A stretch of DNA of 64,000 nt from a virus: the IMG/VR virus record IMGVR_UViG_3300045988_137040; one strand, given 5' to 3'. Both the position numbers and the translations under genes were made by a program. The notes under the pieces are model-generated. The model had not been told where the DNA came from. It did no database searches and saw nothing but the letters and a program-made list of their open reading frames with translations. Within the stretch, counting starts at the first letter, position 1, and each line of letters starts with the position of its first letter. Of the stretch, positions 44,306 to 55,268 are shown in pieces.

Positions 44306-47300
44306 CTAAAATATCAATATCTCTTCATAGCTCCCGGCGTACTCAAACTTCGAGGCCAGCAGGTCCGAGTGGGTGTTGCGCTTCATGTACGCCCTCACCG
44401 TCCTTGCCACCTTGCCGCCCTCGTAGTAGTAGAACGTCTGGTAATACAGCGTCGGCGTCGGGTCATCCACCATCTGCCGCTTTATGGGCAGCTGGCCGTC
44501 GTTAGGCTTAACGTACCAGCCGTTTGGCAAGAGGTTGCCGCCGTTTGGCCAGTTCATGCCCGAATATTCCTTGGTGAACACGCAGCCGTCATAGATGTCG
44601 TAATTCTTGCTCGCGTCCGTCGTCGGTATCTGCTTGCGGTAGATGTACCGCATGTCATTCTTCTCCCCGCTCGCCACGTATAGCCATTCGAAGCCCTTCA
44701 GCGTCGAGTTATTAATATACACCGAGCCTGTAGCATCCCTTAAATACGCCGTGTCGCTGTGTGCACGTTGTATCGAGCTTATCAAGCTCTGCAACCCGCT
44801 CGGCCCGATGTCATACTTCTGCTTGCCGTCCGTGCCGTAAAAGGCGAGATGGGGCACGCCTGCCGCGTCGTAAAACACCGCTATTCCCGGCGTCACGCCG
44901 TCTTTTTGGAACCACACCGTCGTGTTGCCTTCTATCACCGTGTGGCCCTGTCCCCTGTCCGTCGTAGCTATCCTCGTGGCCCGCAAGCCGTCATGGTCTA
45001 TCACCGCCATCTCGTTGCCGTCGTTGTCGCGGAACTTGGTGTTGTCCGCCGTCAGCGTTATCTTCCGGTTCTCTATGTCTATCCCCGTGGCGTACAACGC
45101 CCGCTTGTCCACCATGTCCGCGCGCTTCTCCGTCCACTCCGTCATCGTCGCGCCCACCTCAAGTTTCGGCCGGGCAATCTCTATCGCGAACTCCGTCGCC
45201 TCCCAGTAGCTCGACGCGCCGGGCTCATATCCCGACCCGGCCTTCTGGCACACGTAGTACGTGCCGCCATACAGCACCACGTCTCCCACGTTGTAGCTCG
45301 TGGATGAGTCGTAACTTCCCTGGTCCGTGCCAGGTCTCAGCAAGCGGAACAGTACGTGTAGTGGGACGTTCCCCATCGGCCTCCAATGCACCCAGTAGCG
45401 TTTCCATGCCGTCGGCGGCGTGATATGGGTGTGCAAGTCCCCATCGCCTGGATTCCACAAGAAATCTAACTTCTCATGACTGCTTTCCGTCATGACGATT
45501 CCCGTGCTTGGATCGTAGAGATAGCATTGCAGCTCGCCGTGCGCGTAGCCGCTCGCCGCCCTCGCGTAAAACGACAGCATGCAGTCCTCGCCGACATTCA
45601 GCCCCATGTCCGTCGTGGAGTATCGCAGGAAGTCGTATTCTTTCCAGGTAGGCTGGAGTATCGCTTTCACGCTCGCGCTCTCGTTGTTGTAGCCGCCTTG
45701 CTTCACGGTCGTCTCGTCCAGCACCTCCACGTTTCCCGTCTTCGTCAGCGTGCCCGTGCCGTCCAGCAGGTTACCGCCCACGTAGTCATAGTCCTGTTCC
45801 GAGAGCGTCCAGCCATTATACTCCTCGCCTTCCTCCAACATAGGCTTGCAGATATAACCGTCAACGAAAAAGTCGTTCTGCACCCCCCTTGCGAAGATAT
45901 TTATCTCTTCATGCTCATACTTAGCTTTAGATGGAACAGAAACCTTCACGGTAAACAATTCCCACTTATTGGCTTCTGATACAGAAAAAGTCGTGCTATG
46001 GCCTGTAGGACCATCATATTTAGCAGGGCGAGAAGTGTCTATCTTGGAACCTTGGTATAGAACTTCCGCAATGAAATAAATATCATTTGGTGTAGGCGTC
46101 TTGGCATAGAACGAGAGAACATAGTTCTTCCCCTTCTCCAACTTGATGTTGCCTTGTGGCGAAATACCATTCCAGCTAAAACCAGACAAGTGATAACTGT
46201 CCGTTCCTGTCCGTTTAGTGCGGCAATGGATGCAATTAACGCCATCAATGCCACTGTTTATCTCTATCTGTTCTAACGGATAGCCATCATAATACTGCGT
46301 CTCCGAACCGCTCATGTACGTAAATCCGTCCCCGTATTTACGGCACGCGCTTCCCACAAGCATATTTCTTCTGCCCACTGACTTCTCGCTCACCTTCAGG
46401 CTTATCTCTTTGGCCGTCTGCAATATCTCGCTCTTATACTCTTTCAAGTCCGTTACCGTGCCGTTGTTTGTCAAAATCGAGTATTGCGATTGCAGCTTCT
46501 TGTTGTCGGCTTTCAAGCCTCCCGTGTACCTCGCCACGTTCACCGCGAACGGCACCGTCTTTACATACGTAGTCTTCGTCGTCGGGTCCGTGACGCTCAC
46601 CGTCACGCTTCCGCTCGTGCAGCTCACCTCTACCGTCTGGCCGTCCACGGTCACGCTCTGCTTATCCACGCGGGTTATCGCCACCACGTGAGTGTTAGTA
46701 TTCACCGTTGCTTCGCAGTTCACGCACGAGCCCTTCTTGTAGGTCACGCCGCTCACCTCCTTGCCGTCCCTCAGGCACATCAGCGAAGCATAGGCGTTAT
46801 CCAGTCCAGTGGCCAGCCCGTTGTCGTCGGTGTCTATCACTATCGTCTCAGGGTCGCACAATATCTCGAAAGCACCGATGCCGTCGGCACCGTTTATTTT
46901 CACGGGCGTAGACCACGGCAATACGCACTTGCCGCCGCTCACCTTGGCCTGGCTCATCCACACCGTGTCCGAGACCGCCACCTCGTTGTCGGAGAGGTCG
47001 AGGCGGAAAAGGCCGTAGTCACCGTTGTCATCCCCCGAGATGTCCTTAGCGTAGGTCACGCAGATGAAGTGCCGGCCCGCCTTGGCCACGGTGAACGAGT
47101 ACGCCTGCTCCACACCGTTGCCCGATGCTTGGGCAAGTCCCTGCCCGCGGAAGGAGGTGCCAGTGGAGGGCGCGGTGTCCAGCGCCCACACCTCCACAAG
47201 GTCGTAGTTCTGCTCCGAGTAGGCCTTTATCTCCACGTCCACCGTGGTATTGTCGTATTGCGTGATGAACGACACCTTCATCATTGCGTAGCCATAGTTG

Positions 47301-49234
47301 TAGCTCAGGCCGCTCGGCGACTTCATCCACGTCCGCCCGTCGTCCTCGGCCTCCGCCCACTCCTTGGCTGTCGCATCCGTTCCCTTGTTGGTGCCGTCAT
47401 ACGTGCCGCTCTCGTAGCCGCCGTACCTCACGTCAGTCACCTTCTCCCCGGCCGTGGCCGCGTCGGGCGAGAGGCTCCATCCGTCGCCTGGGTATTCAGG
47501 GTCGGTGCCCGTGGGCGCGTCAGGCTGCGTGTCGGCGTGCTTGTAGGCCATCACCACGCCGTCGCCCTGCTTGCCGTTGGAGTAGTTGGCCGTGGCCACC
47601 ACCGTGTCGTCCACAAGCAGCTCCACCGTTATCACGCTCGCCGTGCCTATCGACGCGGTGTTGTTAGTGCCGTCAAAGGTATAGTAGTCGAATATTATCC
47701 TGCTGTAGCCACTGTTGAGGTGGTCGCTCGCTCTCTTTATCTCCGTGCCGTCAGCGTACACCTTGGCGGCGCCCAACACCTGCACGTTGTCGTAGCTCGA
47801 TACCGTCATGCCCGTGGTCTTGGTGTACGCCACCTTTATGCCAGCGTGCTTCTTGGCGTCGCTCGATACCTCATAGGTAGACGATAGCTGCACGCCATAC
47901 GTCACGGCGTCCTCTCCCTTGTCTCCTTTCTCACCCTTACGGATGAAAGCTATGTGGGAACGATAAATCTCCAAGTAGTGCGCCTTGACTATGCGAACAT
48001 TGACGTTCTGTTGTGCCTCGAAAGCCTTAATGGGAATATTCGCTTTCGCTACGGCAGTGGCAGCACCATTAAAATCACAGTTGGACCATATTTCGGGGTG
48101 TTCAAGGCTGTACTGTACGAGAAGGTTCGCTGCTCCAAGTTGAGCATTAGTAAGTTTGAATACTTTGCCCCTTTGGTCGGTGGCACGCACCATGACATCA
48201 ATCCCATTTGCAGGATTGTAAGTTCCTGACGAAGGATCATAATTGACGACTGACGAGGACATTTCCAACGCATATTGCTCGCCGGTCTCTGCCATGATGT
48301 TGATAGACTTCTCCGCCAATTTCTCATAGACATTAGCCGTGACAGTGCCACTCGTGCTGCTGGAAGATGACGTGTTGTCTGCCACATTTGCTTTTAAGCC
48401 CCAGGCTATTACGGTCCAAATAGAAGACACCGTGCCATTGAACACATCTCCGGTGCCCCTGGCATGGCTAAGGGTGATAATGCCATTATCCATTTGCCTG
48501 CCCGATGACGGATTCTCGCTATCGCTCTTTTCGTCCGGGTAATTATATTTCTTATCGGACAACTCATCTCCCGTGTTTCTTTGAATCGTAAAATGGTGGA
48601 AACGCTGCACGTTGGCATTGGCCCAGCCTTCAAGGAGATTAGCTTTTAGAGTGAGCTTCTTGTCCCATTCTACATAGGGTTTATCACCGGCGTCCTTCGC
48701 ATCAATCGTTGCGGAAAGCTCAATGCGCAAAGGCATCTGGTCGGGGTCAATGTTCCAGTCTGTATTAAATTTGTCTGTGCCGAGTATGCCCGTGTCAAGG
48801 GTTACGGTACGGGCATTATTCGTAGGTAGGCTAACATCACCAAGCTTGACATACCAATAGTCTTCGCTGTTCTTGTTAGCCGTACCCGTTGCCAGGCCAC
48901 CGACCGTGACATAAGCGTACTTGTCGAGCCATTCTGTTCCGCTTGCCACCTTTGGGGCGAACACAAGATAACCATCTTCCTTGTTGCTCTTCGCAAGTCG
49001 GGCGTATATAGAGTAGGGCTTCGTATTATCTGCAAGGCGACGGTTTAGTCCCGTTAAAGTCCATTGCTGAAAACTGACATCAGAATATCCCAAGGCAGGC
49101 ACCCCCGGACTGTAAACCTTTATTTTCGCGCCCCTTACCACATTGACGGCAATGTCGCTCGCCGAGCCATTAGCGTTAGGCGAGACGGAGATAGCAGTCG
49201 GTGCTATATAAAAACATGGAGATGTCCTTGCCAT
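44306..49234 (-). CDS. large tail fiber / receptor-binding protein (1642 aa) with carbohydrate-binding-module-like domains
   Basis: Size, position, and a following chaperone-like gene. A short collagen-like GEKGDKGED. Two segments end in the CBM4/9-like pattern (KGKNYVLSFYAKT; VGEDCMLSFYARA). Confidence 0.6.
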   Translation of the reverse strand: MARTSPCFYIAPTAISVSPNANGSASDIAVNVVRGAKIKVYSPGVPALGYSDVSFQQWTLTGLNRRLADNTKPYSIYARLAKSNKEDGYLVFAPKVASGTEWLDKYAYVTVGGLATGTANKNSEDYWYVKLGDVSLPTNNARTVTLDTGILGTDKFNTDWNIDPDQMPLRIELSATIDAKDAGDKPYVEWDKKLTLKANLLEGWANANVQRFHHFTIQRNTGDELSDKKYNYPDEKSDSENPSSGRQMDNGIITLSHARGTGDVFNGTVSSIWTVIAWGLKANVADNTSSSSSTSGTVTANVYEKLAEKSINIMAETGEQYALEMSSSVVNYDPSSGTYNPANGIDVMVRATDQRGKVFKLTNAQLGAANLLVQYSLEHPEIWSNCDFNGAATAVAKANIPIKAFEAQQNVNVRIVKAHYLEIYRSHIAFIRKGEKGDKGEDAVTYGVQLSSTYEVSSDAKKHAGIKVAYTKTTGMTVSSYDNVQVLGAAKVYADGTEIKRASDHLNSGYSRIIFDYYTFDGTNNTASIGTASVITVELLVDDTVVATANYSNGKQGDGVVMAYKHADTQPDAPTGTDPEYPGDGWSLSPDAATAGEKVTDVRYGGYESGTYDGTNKGTDATAKEWAEAEDDGRTWMKSPSGLSYNYGYAMMKVSFITQYDNTTVDVEIKAYSEQNYDLVEVWALDTAPSTGTSFRGQGLAQASGNGVEQAYSFTVAKAGRHFICVTYAKDISGDDNGDYGLFRLDLSDNEVAVSDTVWMSQAKVSGGKCVLPWSTPVKINGADGIGAFEILCDPETIVIDTDDNGLATGLDNAYASLMCLRDGKEVSGVTYKKGSCVNCEATVNTNTHVVAITRVDKQSVTVDGQTVEVSCTSGSVTVSVTDPTTKTTYVKTVPFAVNVARYTGGLKADNKKLQSQYSILTNNGTVTDLKEYKSEILQTAKEISLKVSEKSVGRRNMLVGSACRKYGDGFTYMSGSETQYYDGYPLEQIEINSGIDGVNCIHCRTKRTGTDSYHLSGFSWNGISPQGNIKLEKGKNYVLSFYAKTPTPNDIYFIAEVLYQGSKIDTSRPAKYDGPTGHSTTFSVSEANKWELFTVKVSVPSKAKYEHEEINIFARGVQNDFFVDGYICKPMLEEGEEYNGWTLSEQDYDYVGGNLLDGTGTLTKTGNVEVLDETTVKQGGYNNESASVKAILQPTWKEYDFLRYSTTDMGLNVGEDCMLSFYARAASGYAHGELQCYLYDPSTGIVMTESSHEKLDFLWNPGDGDLHTHITPPTAWKRYWVHWRPMGNVPLHVLFRLLRPGTDQGSYDSSTSYNVGDVVLYGGTYYVCQKAGSGYEPGASSYWEATEFAIEIARPKLEVGATMTEWTEKRADMVDKRALYATGIDIENRKITLTADNTKFRDNDGNEMAVIDHDGLRATRIATTDRGQGHTVIEGNTTVWFQKDGVTPGIAVFYDAAGVPHLAFYGTDGKQKYDIGPSGLQSLISSIQRAHSDTAYLRDATGSVYINNSTLKGFEWLYVASGEKNDMRYIYRKQIPTTDASKNYDIYDGCVFTKEYSGMNWPNGGNLLPNGWYVKPNDGQLPIKRQMVDDPTPTLYYQTFYYYEGGKVARTVRAYMKRNTHSDLLASKFEYAGSYEEILIF

Positions 49235-49323
49235 TTGTCTTCTTATATTTTTTGGGTGAAGTTACAACAAGATGCCACAAGAATCAAGGGCATATTGCCC
49301 TTGAAACTTTAAGTTCAGATGAC

Positions 49324-49331
49324 TAACTTTG
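49324..49331 (+). promoter_or_regulatory. -7 box TAacTTTG in the divergent late control region
   Basis: Matches TAnnTTTG 40 nt upstream of the ATG at 49372, with CTTG 20 nt upstream of it. Confidence 0.4.
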
Positions 49332-49371
49332 TCATGGATAGGCACAAGCAAGTGCCGAAAAACGGAATAAC

Positions 49372-52300
49372 ATGGAACATCTATCTCTTGAGATATTTGA
49401 CCGCAACGGAAAAGGCAGTCAATACGCTTACCTTACCGAGGACGCCAACATCACCATCACCGACACGAGCGAGATCTTCGCGAGTGGAGATGTTTGGAGC
49501 TTGCCGTTCTCGCTCAATGTCGTAGCCAACGCAAAGATTTTCGGGACAAGCGGCGACCTTCATGGCGGTCGTCTGCATGAACAGTTGAACGAACGGCGTG
49601 CTCGTTTGTGGGTAGACGGGTTACCTCTCTACCTTGGTTATCTAAAGCTTGACAGCGAAGTGGACGTGGATGATGACGGCAATGTCGACGTAATTTTTGA
49701 GAGCGGTCAAAAGACCTTCAACGAGCTTATCGAGGGGGGGAAGGCCAACCAAGTGCCAATGCTGAGCGACGTACAGTTCGGCATGGCGTTGTGGAGGAAG
49801 CGGTGGACGCGGGTGCAGATGCAACTTGCCGCAAAAGTAAACTACGAGAAAAACAACGCGAACGAAAACGAAGAAATCATAATTACTCATGATAGACATA
49901 GTATAGACGCGAGCGATGAAGACGAACAGTTGACAGACTTTATATGCGATGGTGAGGACGATGGTAGTTCCATACAATTATACCCTCGCATGGTGTTCCC
50001 GAAAGGTACATTCTACAATATGGACACAGAACAAGAGGAGGACGTTGATTTCCTTAATACGGATACTCCTTATGACGATTCCCATCCTTATTGCAACGTC
50101 GCTCTCTGTTACCAGAAATATGGCTATACTGTGACGACGGAAAGCTCCGGAGTGAAATATACCCATGATGATTATTCGAGCGACCCTACCGCCCAGCGAG
50201 GCTATGAGGTTATGCCTGCAAATCGCGTTAATTCCGCCCCTAACTTTTTCGTCATTTACTGGCTGAGAGCCTTGATGTCGCACCTTGGTATCCATATAGA
50301 CGAGAACCAGATGATGGAAATGGAGGATTTGCGCCGGTTGTTTTTCGTGAATACAAATTGTGCTTACGAAGAGACAAAGTATCTCCGGAAAGGAGTTTCG
50401 GGCAATTACTACGGCAAGTATCAGTTTGGCGACAATGGACCATTGGTGGCAGAATATTTCGGCGATTTAGTAGAAGAAAAATACGAACGCAAAAGGAAGA
50501 GGTGGAACGGGATTAAGAATATCGCCAAAATTGAGAACTGCGGGCTTGTGTGCAGTGAATTCACGGAGGGTACATGGCATGAGAAAATACTATCATCAGA
50601 TGATAATGGCTACGATGTCTGGGAGGAAGTAGATGCCACGGATGTAGTGAAAAGAGTTCTTGGCGGAATTAAGAGAATAACAATCACTCCTAAATCGATT
50701 GCCGGTATGGGTGAAGAAACAAGAGCATATTATGATGGGTATGGTCGTGACTCTGCCCCTGGCCGCGGCGATCGAAAAGACCAGAAAAACCTTTTGCTTC
50801 ATCGTGCTATCGCGTCAAGCGAGTGTTTCCCTAACGAGGACATTTCCACGGTTATCAAGGCACTTGAAAATGGTTTTGGCATCCGTCTCTTGTTCGACAA
50901 TAGTTATAAGCGCGTTCGTATCGTATTGCTGAAAAACATCTTCCGCAATAGTAGTGTACAGAATATAACATGCAATATCCTCAATGAGACGAAGAGCGAG
51001 AACTGTATTCGTGGGTTCATGATGACCTATGGAGACAGCAATGACACCTCGTTTTACTACAAGGGTTTCGCCGACCTATTGCCGCACAAGAAACAGTTGT
51101 GGATAGATAATAGCGACAAGCACGACTACTCACATTGGGATTTGAACGCAAAATATGCGGACTTACTAAACAAGGTGTCAGCTTTCGACAAGACTTGTTA
51201 TATAGAGCTAACTACAGGCAACGCTTACGGCATTAAGGTAGATAAGGACGCAAAACGCTTTGATGATTTGCATCCGTCGCTCTTTGAGTTTGCTGGGTTC
51301 ATGGATGCCGAAGACGGAGACTGCACTGGCGAGGACGAGACGATTGAAACTATCAACGTCGGATTCAAGCCTGCAATCATGAACGACACCAACTATGAGA
51401 ACGAGCGCGGGACTCTAAAAACCAAAGAACAGCATTACGCGCTGTTCGTTGATGAGACCATGCGACCGCGTCGACCAGACCTTAAAGACCTGCCCAACAA
51501 CAAACAGCCAAAAGTAAAATCATATAACGATTCCGATGCTGTATACAGTACCGACAAGCTCTACGCACTCCATGGAAACAACGGCACAGATGTGAAAATG
51601 GTAAGCGGTGGTGTTGTCACCCCGGGGTCGTTTGCCGTGGCCTCCGATATGTCAGTTGAGAAGACGCTCCCAAGTCTGCCAGTATCCGTAACGTTCTATG
51701 AACGTGACGGAAATATGGAAGGAGTTGAGCACAAGTGTTACTGCACGCTGACGAATCTTAAAATATCGGGGTATATCAACGAAGGTTATCGGCTGTACTT
51801 GCAGGACAACTTCGAGCCTAACGATGATGGGGTGTGCCCGATAGAGTCGCACGACTGGGGGCTGACATTGGGTATAATGAGAGGAAGCGGAAGTGATGCT
51901 TACGTAGATTACTATAACGACCCTAACGATGAGGAAGGTAACGACACATGGAGTATCGTACAGGGCAGTAGTGCAACGGCACACCCGGATATATGTAACA
52001 ACTATGGAGAGCTCTGGGACTATAACGGCACACTACACGTAAGCACTCCAGCTGACGCGAAAGCGGCAATCGAGGCGCGTTGCCCATCTACTGCGGACAA
52101 TATGCTAACCGAGCGTGTTGTCGTCCAGGTACAAGAACTTAAAAACGCGGGGTGGACAGTCAGCGGAGACATGACACGCACGGCAAAGTATTTTTACTAT
52201 AAGCTTGTTATCAACTCACGCTCGAAAGGCAATGTCACTGTTTATGCCACGCCTATAGCAGCGCTGACGACACAGCAAGCAATGGGCAAACCTGTCTACA

Positions 52301-52830
52301 CACAAAAAGAGATAAAAGATTACATTCTCGCCTTGTGGAATAAGCACGCAACCGACTTGATAAGTCATGACGAATATAAACTAATATTAGCCGTGTCTCC
52401 GTCAGATTGGTCTACGCTTGCTTATCTAAGAGCCATTTACTTTGGCTACCGCAGTGAGAAAGACTTTGATAATGGCGTGGGCCCAACCGATGATCGTTTC
52501 TCCTTGAAACTGCGCGCAGAAAAGCTCAACCCCTACTATGTTAAGGGCAGTACCGAAGAAGGCAAGAACAATCAATATCTACCTATCAGCAACGACGCGC
52601 TGAAGGGTCGCGGACTGATGGACAAGTTCTACAAGGAATATAGTTATTGGGTTCGTAACGCACGAATCGTGAAATTGACGGCGCGCATGACTTTGGCCCA
52701 GTTCCTCGCTATTGATAAGACAGAGAAAGTGCGTATGGGCGATTACTTAGGGTTCATTAAAAAGATGCAGTTCAACGTGAGCAATAAGACGGGCTTCGGA
52801 AATGTGACCGTAGAGCTGATGTATATCTAA
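49372..52830 (+). CDS. large virion-associated protein (1152 aa), putative baseplate/tail component
   Basis: Long ORF divergent from the fiber gene. The functional call rests on context only. Confidence 0.45.
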   Translation: MEHLSLEIFDRNGKGSQYAYLTEDANITITDTSEIFASGDVWSLPFSLNVVANAKIFGTSGDLHGGRLHEQLNERRARLWVDGLPLYLGYLKLDSEVDVDDDGNVDVIFESGQKTFNELIEGGKANQVPMLSDVQFGMALWRKRWTRVQMQLAAKVNYEKNNANENEEIIITHDRHSIDASDEDEQLTDFICDGEDDGSSIQLYPRMVFPKGTFYNMDTEQEEDVDFLNTDTPYDDSHPYCNVALCYQKYGYTVTTESSGVKYTHDDYSSDPTAQRGYEVMPANRVNSAPNFFVIYWLRALMSHLGIHIDENQMMEMEDLRRLFFVNTNCAYEETKYLRKGVSGNYYGKYQFGDNGPLVAEYFGDLVEEKYERKRKRWNGIKNIAKIENCGLVCSEFTEGTWHEKILSSDDNGYDVWEEVDATDVVKRVLGGIKRITITPKSIAGMGEETRAYYDGYGRDSAPGRGDRKDQKNLLLHRAIASSECFPNEDISTVIKALENGFGIRLLFDNSYKRVRIVLLKNIFRNSSVQNITCNILNETKSENCIRGFMMTYGDSNDTSFYYKGFADLLPHKKQLWIDNSDKHDYSHWDLNAKYADLLNKVSAFDKTCYIELTTGNAYGIKVDKDAKRFDDLHPSLFEFAGFMDAEDGDCTGEDETIETINVGFKPAIMNDTNYENERGTLKTKEQHYALFVDETMRPRRPDLKDLPNNKQPKVKSYNDSDAVYSTDKLYALHGNNGTDVKMVSGGVVTPGSFAVASDMSVEKTLPSLPVSVTFYERDGNMEGVEHKCYCTLTNLKISGYINEGYRLYLQDNFEPNDDGVCPIESHDWGLTLGIMRGSGSDAYVDYYNDPNDEEGNDTWSIVQGSSATAHPDICNNYGELWDYNGTLHVSTPADAKAAIEARCPSTADNMLTERVVVQVQELKNAGWTVSGDMTRTAKYFYYKLVINSRSKGNVTVYATPIAALTTQQAMGKPVYTQKEIKDYILALWNKHATDLISHDEYKLILAVSPSDWSTLAYLRAIYFGYRSEKDFDNGVGPTDDRFSLKLRAEKLNPYYVKGSTEEGKNNQYLPISNDALKGRGLMDKFYKEYSYWVRNARIVKLTARMTLAQFLAIDKTEKVRMGDYLGFIKKMQFNVSNKTGFGNVTVELMYI

Positions 52831-52842
52831 AGACGACAAATT

Positions 52843-53907
52843 ATGGCAGTAGATATAAAAGGAATGTTTGGGGACAACAAGACCTACTTTGCAGGTTCTC
52901 CGGTTGTCATCGACATAACCGGGCTGGAATGGAATAGCAACAGTCCGTTTAACATCGTGCGTGTCAACGTGGTAGACTACAAAGACAACAACAAGGTTTT
53001 TGGCGACTTTCATGCCGACACGGGCGGTCAGACGGCTATCTCTTTTGACATTCAGTCGGCGCTGCGAAGCATTTGGGCTGACTACGATTTTGCCTCGGAA
53101 GTGAGTACGGCCACACTCACGGCGACAAGCGGCGTAGGGCAATCGGCGACGCGTAAATATAGACTTTACTCCATTCAGCTCTCTACAGAATATCTCGACA
53201 GCCATGATAATGAGTTTACGTCAACGGTGAGTAAGACATTCGAGGGCGGAAGTTGCATGATAGGAGCATTGACAGAATGGGAGCGCTACAATATCGAAAA
53301 CAAGGAAGAGGCCGACGCAAGCCATTTGGAGGGCACCAACCAGCGCAACGGTGACGCATCGACGAAGCCGACGAGCTCACCGGAAAGGGTAGGGAGGTCG
53401 AGCCTTACGTCGTGGGTGGATCTTAGCGGAGATGGCACGACGAGTGTATTTTACCCACCAGCGGCACCGCCCAGTGGCGACGACACGGAGAAACACGCAC
53501 CTCTCGTGTTGCGTGACACAATAGACTATCAAGACTTTCTCTTTGTCAACCGTCGTGGAGCCGTAGAGACAGCGAGCGCGCTAATGAAAGAGGCTCTGAA
53601 TGTCAGCGCAGAGGTAAAACAATACAACAAGGTGGAGCGGCCTGCGTTCAAGCCGTCACGTTCATTGCTCTCCGTGCCATCTGGAGGAAGACGATCATGG
53701 GAGATGTCGAGCGGATATGTCAGCCGAGAATGGGCAGCGTGGTGGGCACAGGAATTTCTTAAAGGACAACGCCACTGGATGCTTCTCGAAGGAATGTTTG
53801 TCCCTGTCATAGTGGAACCGGCAAAAAAGAGCGTGAGCATCTACGACCGTTCTAAGCAGCAGTTGTCACATGTTGACTTCACCGTGACACTGGCGTTGGA
53901 AGGGTGA
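52843..53907 (+). CDS. hypothetical virion-associated protein (354 aa)
   Basis: ORF 12 nt downstream of the 1152-aa gene. Confidence 0.45.
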   Translation: MAVDIKGMFGDNKTYFAGSPVVIDITGLEWNSNSPFNIVRVNVVDYKDNNKVFGDFHADTGGQTAISFDIQSALRSIWADYDFASEVSTATLTATSGVGQSATRKYRLYSIQLSTEYLDSHDNEFTSTVSKTFEGGSCMIGALTEWERYNIENKEEADASHLEGTNQRNGDASTKPTSSPERVGRSSLTSWVDLSGDGTTSVFYPPAAPPSGDDTEKHAPLVLRDTIDYQDFLFVNRRGAVETASALMKEALNVSAEVKQYNKVERPAFKPSRSLLSVPSGGRRSWEMSSGYVSREWAAWWAQEFLKGQRHWMLLEGMFVPVIVEPAKKSVSIYDRSKQQLSHVDFTVTLALEG

Positions 53908-54380
53908 CACCAACTTAACGCAATATAGTCAGCTGGGTCTCTCGCATCTTTGTTACAACGAGAAAATATAAGCTGAAAGACTTGAAAATAAAATATTTGC
54001 AGTATCTTTGTGGATATAAAAACTCTCTTTAGTGAACATTTCTTTTCATTGTTTTTAATGATTTAACTACGCGAAGTTATGTTGTATTAGGTTTTCTCTT
54101 TAGGAAGAGAATACTTTTGCATTTTGACAAGGTGTGACGTTGGGATAACGTTTGCCTTGTTCTTACTATTAAAGGTTAGTAAGGAACCAACGATTTTACA
54201 TTGAATGTTTTTTGTGAGGTTGGAGAACCAGCGCGTGCCGCCCCTGTCGTGATAGACAGAGGCGGCATTCGTCGTTTTTTTGGCACTTTGAAGTGTTAAA
54301 GGCCGTTGAGAGAGGCGTGAGTTATCAGAGAATTGTATAACTTTGCGATTATCCATACTAACTAACTGTTGTTTACGCTT

Positions 54381-54887
54381 ATGACAAAGGATGACGAGGA
54401 CAACCTTCTAAGGTGGTTGCAAGACAAAGACGTCAGCGAGATTATGTCGTTGCTGATGAAACATGGTAACAGATATTCAAGGAGAATTTTGAAGTTCTTT
54501 AGGTGGTTCTGCAAGTATGTTCCGATAATTATTATGTGCTTCCACGCATACGGGATGTGGGATTTTAGCCAGCATCCAAGGGAAATGTTTATCCCTTATG
54601 CGGAGAATATGCCTTGCTATCTCTACATATATTTCATGGTTTACATTCTGCCAATGGTTTTGATATTAGCGAGCCGATTCTTCTTCTTATGTTGGAAATA
54701 CCGCATTCCATTCTTTTATTTCTTTGGTATCAATGCGGCTCATATCGTGGAATGGAGTTGGTACACAACAAATGACATGATAGACTCCTGCTTTACCGTT
54801 ATGATTGTAACGGCAATGTTTTATTTATATGGATTTGTAGATATGTTTATTAACAGAACAAAGTTAGGACGTAAAATCTGTGCGTGA
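54381..54887 (+). CDS. polytopic membrane protein (about 168 aa)
   Basis: Start set at the ATG at 54381. Multiple hydrophobic segments (YVPIIIMCFHAYGMW, YIYFMVYILPMVLILASRFFFLCW). Confidence 0.5.
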   Translation: MTKDDEDNLLRWLQDKDVSEIMSLLMKHGNRYSRRILKFFRWFCKYVPIIIMCFHAYGMWDFSQHPREMFIPYAENMPCYLYIYFMVYILPMVLILASRFFFLCWKYRIPFFYFFGINAAHIVEWSWYTTNDMIDSCFTVMIVTAMFYLYGFVDMFINRTKLGRKICA

Positions 54888-54926
54888 AGGCGATTTCTGA
54901 GAGTTTTTCGTAAAAACAAAGGTAAT

Positions 54927-55268
54927 ATGGAAAAGATACTAAATTATAAGCTGCTCGGCACGGCTTTGAAGTCGCTAAGTGACGCTTGCTTTAAGGCAGA
55001 CGAACAGCAGAAGAACGGAGAAAAAGTCACCGCTTGCGGAATGAGCGATGAGGACTTGGATAGATTGTGCGACATCCTTCCCGACATGCTCAACCCGATG
55101 ATGAGCACAGAGGAAGTCAAGGAGAAGCTTCACGTTTCTGATGCTACACTCAATCGTATGGTGGCGAGAGGCGACCTGCCCAATGGCGAGCACAAGAAGC
55201 GAGGACATACGAGATATTGGAAGAAGTGGGATATACTACACTTCATAAAAAGCAAGAGAAAATCATAA
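54927..55268 (+). CDS. excisionase/AlpA-like HTH protein (113 aa)
   Basis: C-terminal MSTEEVKEKLHVSDATLNRMVARGDLP......RYWKKWDILHFI fits the HTH_17/Xis pattern. Confidence 0.5.
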   Translation: MEKILNYKLLGTALKSLSDACFKADEQQKNGEKVTACGMSDEDLDRLCDILPDMLNPMMSTEEVKEKLHVSDATLNRMVARGDLPNGEHKKRGHTRYWKKWDILHFIKSKRKS

